Positions 1 through 10,105 of a DNA stretch of 64,000 bases are shown in pieces. Within the stretch, counting starts at the first letter, position 1. Each line of letters starts with the position of its first letter. A program made the position numbers and the translations under genes. The stretch spans positions 1 through 64,000 of the forward strand of contig KZ538007.1 of assembly GCA_000934665.2 (NCBI GenBank), given 5' to 3'. The notes beneath the pieces are model-generated. The model was not told the origin of the DNA and made no database searches. It worked only from the letters and a program-made list of their open reading frames with translations. The stretch comes from Catajapyx aquilonaris. Taxonomy: Eukaryota.

Positions 1-208
1 ACACTGGTTTTTCAGACACTTTCTCAGTTGCTTCACTTTGACACTCAGTGTTGGCTTCAGCTTCATCTCTTCTGCTCTGAATGTTGTCAGCTTCTTCTTC
101 ATCTGGTTGTATTTTATTGCTGCTAATTTGTGAGTCCTGACGTGTAAGTTTCGCCCAGGAAAGCGTTCTGGCCTTAAAAAGAGCATTTCGGGATCTGGCC
201 GTTTCATT

Positions 209-404
209 AAACCGTCCATCCTGCAGAATTGATGGTTTGAGAAAGGAGCATTCTGCAGAATGGACGGTTTAAAACTGTTTAAAACATCCATTCTGCAGAA
301 TGGATGGTTGGACAATGAGCATTCTGCAGAATGGACGGTTTGACATGGAGCATTCTGCAGAATGGATGGTTTGGCACAGATCATTCTGCAGAATGGACGG
401 TTTT
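209..404. repeat. Tandem array of six palindromic units, core CATTCTGCAGAATG, period 31 bp (one 40-bp step)
   Basis: Cores start at 218 (degenerate), 249, 289, 320, 351 and 382, each followed by GAYGGTT. The first unit (209-238) is a near-complete 30-bp palindrome. Confidence 0.92.
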
Positions 405-3400
405 TTTCGCGCAATGGCCGTTTTCGGGGTTTGAGCCTAACATATACATCATGAACGATGTCAAAAATAATATTGTTAATATCAGGAAAACAGGAAGCAT
501 ATAGTTGATATTTACTAAGTGTTTAAGAGATATACCGTATATGGTTTTGACATATATTAGTATTTACATAGTGGTAATGAGCAATACTACAATAATCAAT
601 CTCACATTTGCCTTCGGTGATTCTAAATTCATCGAGTTATACTAAATTTGTGCAGAAACTGCTCATGGCGAATACCAATTAATCGCATTTCATATTCAAT
701 AAACTATGATTGATTGATATGCTTATTTGATATGGGGTCAGCAAATGATAAATAGCTTTGCGTTGCGTTTTCGGGTCTAAATTTAGCTGTAATATGTCAC
801 ACAAAATCCGCTGGTAATTTGCATCAAAAAGGCGTTACGTATAGGAACTATACACGACACGGTATCAGCATTACAGAACAATAATATTTTTGAACATTGG
901 AGGTATTACTGGAGATACTGAATATTTGGTAGGAGCAAATATTATAACTGGCACACGCATATCCAATGTGATTTTTTCACGATGCATTCCTTTTAAAATT
1001 AATGGACGTTAAAGTCTTACCATTGTCAGTGGTTGCAATCGCTGAAATGCCACAGGCTTTTACTTGTAGCTTCCAGAGACCAAACCAAGTGCGGATAAGT
1101 TTTACTAGTGCTTTCCTTAAAATTGGTTATTTCATTTCCCCGTAGGAAAAACAGTAACATAAGGGCAGTAATTGCTGCAAACTGAAAACTAGCGTTAAAT
1201 TATTACAGTGAGCGCACACTAAGACAACAGGTGCGCAATCGTTAACAATAACCTAATTCTTTTACAGAATTACGTTTTTTTTCTTACAAAGGCTCCGAAG
1301 ACATCTAAGTGCCTTATTAAGAGCCTTTATATGGGACAAAAAAGTGATGCATGGCTAGACACAATTTCCGAGTCGAAAATGGTTACTTCACAGCATTGCG
1401 CAACGTTTCTCTTAGCGTTCCCTTACAGTTTAAAGGTATTGTTGCCATGCAGTTTTGAGAATTGCCAATTTTTCATAACTTGCTAATATGAATGTCTTCC
1501 TCATTGGTAAGATTACACTACCACACAACATATTTCGGACTCAACCTATCCCTTCAACATCTCTCCAAGTCAGTTCGAATCAGCAAAGGATTCCCTACAC
1601 CGGACAACAAGTGATAAAGTCCTCAGCCCCGAGATCTCACCGTGTTACTATTGAATTAGTCAGAAAGGAGGTGCCCCCAAATGAGATGCAAATTCCAACC
1701 TTGCAGAAGGTTGCCGAGTCAGTAAAACCGTGGTTGCAGCCTCCGATCAAACATGGCGCCTTTCCCTTCGATCATCATCAATCCCCACCCTTCTCCCCAG
1801 ACACGCGGTACGGGTAACGGGGAGGTGCACCGGATAACTCGAAATGATAAATTCGTCGTCGGAAGGGCGGAGTCTCCGCATTAACTTACTGATTAGAGCG
1901 GAAAGTGTGGCGGTCGTCCCTCTAAATCCATCAAGGGACCGGATTAAAATGGCGTTACTCTCACCCTCCACCCCATCCTTCGCCCTCATCACCCACCCAT
2001 TTTTCCCCCCCTTCCATCTATATATATCCGGAGGACTTGCAGTGAGGAAGGTAGGTCTTTAAATTATCCGGAAGGCTGTACGGGTACCTGCGAAAGATGG
2101 CGGAGATCAAAGCAAAGGCGAGGAGGAAAGAGCCCAGCAAATTAGGATCCTTGTGGGGAAAAGCTTGGGGAAGGGATTTGAAGGGGGTGGCGGAGGTGAG
2201 CGGTTTAACAGAAAGGAATGGCGGGGGAGAAGGTGGGGGTAATTTCTTTTATATTTCATATTACACTGGGTTAAAAGGCGCCCTTTAGTCTGCTTCTGGA
2301 AAGGGGATGGTAGGTACCCCGTAATGGAGTTGTTGAGATCAGACGGTGTCTCAGAAGGCGGAGGAGCAGACAACTAGGGATTAGGTGAGTCCTGCTACGA
2401 TGGAGAGGCAGAATTTATTAGAAAGTAAGTTACGTAATATACTGTGTGAGGGAATGGGAATTATGAGCCGAGATTGTGGCGTCTGGTAACTGAAAGATCA
2501 TTGGATCAAGAAATAGGTGATTTTGTGGTACAGTCGCCAGCACAATGACGATACAGTAGGCCTGAATAAGGTATATCGTCAAGGATGGGCCATTTTAACG
2601 AGGACAAACGGACGGTGTTATGCAATAATGAGTCGACCCACCGTTCCGTTCATTTATGGCAGAAGTATGCAGATTTTGCCAGCTTGATTTTAACTGAATG
2701 AAGTACGATTCTTTGGGTATAAGTTCCTGGGGTTACCTCAATTTTGGAATTTTTATGGGTTGATACATTATATAGCACCGTCCAAACAGGCTTGGAAATG
2801 ACGAAGCTCTTGCTGCCTCATTTCCAAGCCTGTTTGTTATCGTCCAGGTGGTGTGGGTGGCATATCCGTCAGGATTCAGGTATGATACACGTTCTTACCA
2901 TTTATTCAAAATCTATGCTACCCAGTCTCAGTAAACAGGCCAGGAGCAGCTAGCTATAACCCGAATCTATAGAGGCTTTATCTGTATTTTTTGTTTAAAC
3001 ACACTCTGAAACCGGTGGCGTTATTCATGCCACCCATCCCGGATCCATTTCCGTGTCTTGGTTGCAATTAACGACCTAAAACAGACACTTTAGTGACGCA
3101 TGTTCCGGGGCGATAGTCCCCCCTAAAAATCGTGCCCGCGACTAAAATTCGGCCCTCCCGTTATAGACCATAGATGTAGTTGTTGACAAGTCTGCTCTTG
3201 ATGCCCAGTCCCACAGTGCCCAATGTCAAAAAAATCTGTCCAAGCCGAGTGGATTACGAGAGCGGATAATCAGTCGGACGTTCAATGCCGCACTCCACCA
3301 ACGTACTTTGTGTCTCAGATATACGGACTGACCCTGTGTTGTTTTTTTGGTACCACGGGTTATGTTAATTCGTAACGACCCCAATAATGTTGATCCATCC

Positions 3401-3939
3401 CTGGGAACTACAGGACGCATCGGGGATAAATCAGGGAAGCGAAGGGGGGGATCATGGGGAGTGTCGCTCGCCTTTGATAACGGATTAAACAATGTGGGAA
3501 GGATTTGTCAGTGCAAGGCAGGTTGTGTCAGGTCGCGTGTGGTTGATGAAAATTCAGACTACATGCAGTGGTTCACCCACTCTAAACAGGTGGAAGTATG
3601 GGAACTTTTGGAGATTGCAACAGGGCTATAAGTATTGAGATGTTGGAAGGCATTTCATTATTGTGAGAAATTTTGTGTAGAATGAAATGATTATTCCAAT
3701 AACTTTGACATTGGCGACTTAATTTTCCAGACGGAGACTGTGACTGTGGTTAATCTAGAGTTGTCGCCTGGTTGCTGCTCTATAGAGTAACCAGTTACTA
3801 GCACATTCTAGGAATATGGTACCTGGTGTGGGAAGGGCAGGAGAAAATTCTAGGCATTTCATTGAAAAATTAAAAATTCTCTTGTACTGTCCTGAATAAG
3901 CTATATCAAGTGGGCCAAATGTTATCTAAGCTGAGGGTG

Positions 3940-4140
3940 ATATCGTGGTCTATGGCCACAGGTTACCGCCTCTGAAATCCAGCGTTCGATTCCTGGGTCG
4001 GACAGAGGACAGAGTCTCGTCCTTGGTCTCGTGCGGAAAGAATTTTGATGGGTTCTTCCTGTGAGGTAGAAGGGTGTGTAAGTGAGGATCCGCGAGATTT
4101 TCCCCGAGTTGACCTTTGTTTTGCTCGGGGCATTTTATTG
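3940..4140 (+). mobile_element. Possible degenerate tRNA-derived SINE
   Basis: A-box-like TGGTCTATGG (3946-3955) and B-box-like GTTCGATTCC (3984-3993). No TSD or second copy seen; ends are approximate. Confidence 0.35.
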
Positions 4141-6237
4141 ATGCTGTCAGATATTTCATCGGATATTGGGCGTGCCTTGAGTCTACGATGTGATCTCGGC
4201 TGCAATCATCAGCATGACACGACGCGAAACCCACGTCACATAATTCCTGCTAAAGCTTCGCCGGTAATCTCTCCTAATATTGTATTTCATAATAATCTAT
4301 TGACCCAAAGCAGTCCATGAGATTACTCTGTCGGGGACGGTAAATCATTCTGAGACTGGATTCCGCCTACGCTATGTTCACATTTACGTAACTCCTCATT
4401 TTTGATTTAAATACCGGTACAGAATTATTTATATACCAGTAAAGGATATTATGTTAACAGCCAAATTGGATGGTGTAAATAATTATAGGTGAAGAGAAGT
4501 GTAATTTGATATGTCATGGTTTTGAGAGTATTTTGTCAATAAATTTTTATGAACGACTCACAGTCAGTCAACTAATCGCCGTGGTGTAATCCCGACAACA
4601 TTAAATGTTGTAGAATAAATTGGAATTTTAAAACTACAAGTACAAAACGATCGGCTCCTTTTAAAATATTGTACTTCAACTGAAGTGTATACGATGGCTT
4701 CAATTTTCTGCTGCAGTTTTAGTTTGTTCAATAAGGTGCGCACCAATCACAACAATGCTAATAATAAAACCTCTACGTAAGGTGCAAAAAATGCGAGACA
4801 CTCCACTAGGCTCGATAGAAAAAAAAACTACAAATCACTTTCAGAATAGTGCAAAATTAGATTCAGCAATCCCCAATGTTTACACATTTGTGATAACTTT
4901 CCTCTCACCGCACCGATCCTAACACACGACTGAAGTTAAACAATAACAGTATTAAGAGCTCCTTTCCGTGGCAATCGCGCAACTCCAGAACTTACTCGAT
5001 TGGAACATATTCCGTTGGCCGGAGTGCAAAATAATCTTCCGGAGTGAGAGGGGGGGGAGTTGGGGACGAAGGAAGGGGGAGAAATTACGCAGCTTAATCC
5101 GGATTATGGGCCCAGTGGTCCAGACAAAACCCATCAATAGACGGGTGTGCATCTTCCCACTTGTCTGCACGAGAACTAACGGACAAATTGTTCCTCCCCC
5201 CCCCCCTGCATCCCCCATCCCCAAACCACCCGTCCCTTTCCCCAAGTCTTCATACCTCAGAGTCTATGGAGAGTTAGGTAAAGCCTTATTCATTCACCCA
5301 CTAAGCCAACCACCAACCTTCACCTTTGTGCTTACGTAAGTGGTTGCTAGAATTTCCTCACTAATTAACTGATAATTTCGCTCTCCCCCTTTTCCTCCCC
5401 TTCTAGCATACACCCTTCTCATCTATCCCCCTCCCTATATTCCCTGCCTCTCTAGTGCCCGCAATGAAAACACAATTTAGGGTCCAGCCCCTTGTTAGCT
5501 TTGGACAGAACTGGCTGCCATTGATGTTGCAGCTTCCCCCCCCTCCCCCCCATTGCATCCCACCTTCCCACCACTACACGTCCGTGTTATTATATTCAAC
5601 ATGAATTCAGGGGGGCCAACCAGTTATGCTTCTGGAAGGCTTCCAGAAATTACGCGGTTTTGCCCCCAAATTTTCTAGGAAGTTGGAAAACGCTTTGAGA
5701 CAAGAAGTCATTCATTAGGCTGTCTTTGGCAACCAGTGGAATAGGACAGTTGTAGTGGACATTTTGGCTAGGGTGTGGGTATGGACATGGTAGTGTTTCT
5801 TGTTCAAATATGATGCTGGGAATAGCAAATGGATTGGAGTCACTTGTGTTGCACTTTTATCGATTAGGAGCACACTAAAAGGTTTGGTGTATTTTCCTGC
5901 ACAATTTGTGTCCGATGATGCAATACATACTGTACAGTGTGGTTCACACTAAATAATGGGACATGTTTTAGGTCGCAGGTTTATTGCCACTGGAATGTTC
6001 ATGCCAGAGTAGCTTGGATATAAATGAACTAGTTGGAATGTAGGTATGATTGTAAAATAAGGGAGGTATTTTATGGTCCTGTTGAGCAAATTAATGATTA
6101 TCCGGTTGGTTTGGATTTTACTCATGCTAGATGCAAGTGATGATGGATATTTATAATAACAATGGGCTTACGGGAACAATTTTGTAAAAGTAAAGAAAAT
6201 CAACTTTAAAATTAAAGTAATGGGAAGAATACATGTA

Positions 6238-6379
6238 CTATGGGGCTCATATTCTTTTGGCCACTTTATCCTGGTCTTGAAGCAACCCTTCACACAAACA
6301 CACTTCCTCACCGTGGGGCCTGTGCGAAGGGTTGCTTCAAGACTAGGATAAAGTGGCCGAAAGAATTTGAGCCCCATAG
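6238..6379. mobile_element. Foldback MITE, Tc1/mariner-type (TA TSD), 142 bp
   Basis: Arms 6235-6296 and 6321-6382 are reverse complements with 4 mismatches over 62 nt, loop 24 nt. CTATGGGG...CCCCATAG is flanked by TA on both sides. Confidence 0.8.
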
Positions 6380-8794
6380 TACTTTGCTATATTTTGGCAC
6401 ATGTCCGAAAGATTTGTTACAAATTGAATATATAATGAATGAAGAATATCAATTTCTACAACTATCATACATTGTTGCAGTAATCCCTTCGATTTTCAAG
6501 TTAAAACCTAGCGCTATCTTCCTCTGCATTTGCCGGCTAAACCATGCATCTGTTGCTCTCGTTCCAGAAAAATAATTGCACAAAAATGCAGTCTTCCGAA
6601 CCCATTTTTTTGTTTTCTCTTTTTTTTGCGGTTAATAGTTGTCTGCTGCTTGGAAACTGTCCAGATTTCCAGTGCTGATGACTCTTGTGTATAGCCCTCC
6701 GCTTGGAGAGCCTTTGATAAGCATGACAGGCAGGACGAATTCAGGAAATTTAAGGTTGCGGAATAGGAAGGACGGCAACAATGGCCATTTCTAAAAAGTT
6801 AGTGGTCAACTTGCAACTGTCATTTTGGCTCCAGGTTCAAAGAAAACGAATTATATGTTGCTCCGTTTTGTCATTCGGCCAGTGACCCCTTGGCCATAAT
6901 ATACGTTTTCAGTTATGTGGAGCAACAGAACAAAACGAACCTATAATCTCTCCTTTTGCTCTAGAAAATATAAATATCTGAGAATTTTCTTGATTCCGTT
7001 TGAGGTCACAGCCGACTGCAGTTTTTGGCGCCACTGCAGTGGTTGTAACATGATTTTCAAATGTTACTTCACCCGGGTGCATGACCTCACTATACGAACC
7101 TTTCTAGAAAAGGCGGTCTCACCTACCGTGAAACTTAAGCAAAGTCATAAATAATTCGCGTTAAAGAGCGTGCTTCCTGCTATACACCTACCGTTTTTTT
7201 TTAAAAGCCTTGTTGTTACGCTCAGCTCATTCGATGCAAAAGGTTAGCACTCTCTATAGGTAATGTTGATCCCATTTCTCTCTGCCCTCTAACCGGACTG
7301 GGTATAATTTACATTGTAATCGTCGCGAGCCCCGAGAAGATTTTTTGGCGCATCAAAAATAGCAGTCAGTGCGCCCTGGGCTCTCGCTATGGATCATTTG
7401 GCACGTGAGATGACTTGTGGTCCAATGGCGACCGCACTAATAAAGGGCAATTAAATCTTGTTTACCGCGGCTGTGGGTGAAAAATAGATCTAGGATGCGT
7501 GTGACGTGATGATAACGAGTCGAATGAGAGAGAGTCAACACAGGGTCCCCACTGATCGTGGGGAGGTGGAGTCCTCTTTAAAAAAAAATATGAGGGGGCA
7601 ACAATGTGTCACGACTCATGCGTGTAAATGCGTCCTTTAATCAGACATTGTTGGTTCGATATGGGTGTTGCTATTACATGCTTACATTTAGTGGGACAAA
7701 ATTACAAAAATTGGAAACGGGGTTTCTTCACAATTTTTTGGGGGGTGTAATGTATATCAGAATCTGCTTTAAAATTGTGTAAACTGGCCTAAATCCTACC
7801 CTTGCGGATAATTATTTTTGGATAACTTTTGTGCGTGGCTGCAACCCCAAAAGTTTCGCTCAACACGAGGTGACGACCTCTATTAAAAGTTTGATAGCGT
7901 TTTATATACACGGGGAAAGCGAGAAAACTGACAAAAATTTTTTGTGTGGCACATGCTAAAAATCGGTGCTCGTAACGCGACTCTTATTATACGTAACGTG
8001 AATTTAACTGTCGGTCTAAATGAGGTGTTCTCGTAACATTACACTGTATGCGAAACGCTAGAGAAAACGGCAAAAGTATAACTGAATCTACTGTACGCCT
8101 GTATGTACTAATGTGGTGTTAATGTCATTTGCAACGTAAGTTGACAAACTCCAACATGTAGAAAGTGGTCCTTAATGAGACTTTTGTAATTATGCGGGAC
8201 TTTTCTTTTCCTGTGGACGTAATCAACGCACAAGTTGCAGTGATGAATCAGAGAGAGCCCAGAGAGCCGCAACAATCCGCTTGGAACCATGCACTTTAAT
8301 ACAGTGATAACACGTTGGACCTCCCCAAAGGAAATAAATGCAAATTGGCTACCTTATTGTTATTTATCCTCGGGAGAGCTCGGACCACCATTATCAAGCA
8401 TCGCAGCCCAATCAACTCTAGTGTCACGTATTCCATGAAGGATAAATATCGTTCAGTTAATTAAAAATACATGGCGTTGTAATAATGGAAGTAAATCAAG
8501 CGATGGCTGGGGACCACAGCTAGGGCGGGGCATGGAGATAGATGCAGTACAGTATAATAGGCTGTGTGATCTGCTTGGAAAGTAGGTACTGTATTGTATG
8601 AGCATGCTGTAGCCTCATTCAATAAGGCATGTTGGATTTTTAAATGCAAACATAGTTATAATGTGGTAGTTTACCTGCAATCAAAATTTACTATTCATGG
8701 CTTTGTAGCCCGGTGGAAAGTGATTTCATATTTGCTTTGTTGCTACTGTCTACGTGCAGCAATTCGACGCCTCGTTACGCTTTGTTATTCCTTA

Positions 8795-9421
8795 TGGGTC
8801 TGTCATACACACGCTGCGCGAGCTGAGTCCCACGTTTTCTCGTCGTGCGCTGCGCCCAAAACCTGTCAGACAGCGAGCGCACGCCACAAGAGGGGGTGGT
8901 TCGTGGTTGGGAATAATAAAGGGAACACAGGAATGGAACGGCAAGGAACGTTCCGCCGTGAAAAACCACCAGTCACGCTGCTGTTCTGGGGGACCTCCTC
9001 CCGTGCTCTCTCTTTGTAATCCGTGTTTTGCCGAGTCCACACGTCCCAAATAATGGGTTTCTCCTCAATGCATGCAACCATGCCACAAACACCTCGTCCG
9101 ATAATGTTGCAGCCGGGTTGCAGCCATCTTTTTTTCTGACCAAGGAACCGGCAGGAAGTGGAGCAGGCAGGCCGAGGGGTGGTCGCGGGGAGGGGTGGGC
9201 AACATGGTGCGAAAGGTCTCGACCAATCGTGGAGGCAGCGTAGGACGTAGCGAAGTACCAGAGCCTAGCTGCGTTCCCCCACTTTCCACCCCAATTTCTG
9301 GTTTCAAGTAGGCCTTCCGGGCTCAGCGCGGCGCCACGAGCACCAGTGTGACAGGGCCGGCGAAGGAAAGTTGGCTCGCTGGGGCCCGCGCAAGCGGCGC
9401 AGCGTGTGTATGACAGACCCA
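8795..9421 (-). mobile_element. Non-autonomous PIF/Harbinger element, 627 bp
   Basis: Perfect 25-bp TIRs TGGGTCTGTCATACACACGCTGCGC. TTA TSD at 8792-8794 and 9422-9424. Internal MADF-like coding relic. Confidence 0.9.
8995..9127 (-). pseudogene. Frameshifted 5' relic of a MADF (Myb/SANT-like) DNA-binding protein gene inside the Harbinger element
   Basis: Removing two short local duplications (11 and 8 nt) gives MAATLSDEVFVACIEEKPIIWDVWTRQNTDYKERAREE. This resembles the MADF pattern L/F-I-x-x-V/I-x-x-x-P-x-L/I-W-D...D-Y-K, and Harbinger elements encode such a protein. Confidence 0.7.
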
Positions 9422-9452
9422 TTATGATTATTAACTTGATGTGTATGTCGAG

Positions 9453-9697
9453 CAAGGGGTTAACCACTTCGGTACTCCGGTGTACACCTGCAGAGGTACT
9501 TCCAGGTACTCCTTAGGTATAGTACTTTACTCTTTGGTACTCCTTGGTACAAGGGGGTAATCACTTCGGTACTCCGGTGTACACCTGGGAGTGGTACTCC
9601 CTGGTACTCCTCAGGCACCTCACTCTTTATTACTCCGTGGTACTCCTTGAATTTGGTACTCCAGTGTACACTTTACAGTCGAGTGGTTAACCCCTTT
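9453..9697. mobile_element. MITE with 15-bp TIRs and 8(-9)-bp TSD (hAT/P-like, superfamily uncertain)
   Basis: AAGGGGTTAACCACT (9454-9468) and AGTGGTTAACCCCTT (9682-9696). ATGTCGAG at 9445-9452 and 9698-9705. Interior is made of repeated GGTACTCC motifs. Confidence 0.85.
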
Positions 9698-9799
9698 ATG
9701 TCGAGTGTAATCTAGGTTTGATGATATACACGTATTACGTGGATATAGTCTCATTATACTGTATAAAACAAACTCATTGTTCTTTAATGATGTTTTGAC

Positions 9800-10105
9800 A
9801 CTGAAGCAGCAGTAGGTGAGAGGATATGGTATCCGGCTGCTAATCGGGAGGTCCGGGGATCAAATCCCGGGACCGGCAACTCTGACCGTGGTTTTCTGTG
9901 GTTTCCCACGGTCCCTCCCAGAAAATTCCGGAATTGTTTCCGGAATTAACAGGCCACAGCCGCTTCCTTCCATCCCTATCCCTTCCCAAAAAGCGAAGCA
10001 AAAAGTAAAAAGCAAAGAATTCCTGACAAAAAAATTGGGATGAAATCCCCCCCTAAGGGAGCCAATGGCTCTATCACGGGGTAAATTTTATATATATATA
10101 TATAG
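9800..10105 (+). mobile_element. tRNA-derived SINE, near full length, (TA)n tail
   Basis: tRNA-like head with B-box-like GGATCAAATCCC. Body GTGGTTTTCTGTGGTTTCCC...AGGCCACAGCCGCTTCCTTCC resembles insect SINEs. Related copy at 46168-46409. Degenerate TSD ATGATGTTTTGAC/ATAATGTTATGAC. Confidence 0.85.

Noticed and set aside
209..404. CRISPR array
   Set aside because: Linkers are only about 9-18 nt and partly similar to each other, there are no cas genes, and the context is eukaryotic.
6168..6575. Mirror-image ORFs on both strands
   Set aside because: Explained by the foldback MITE.
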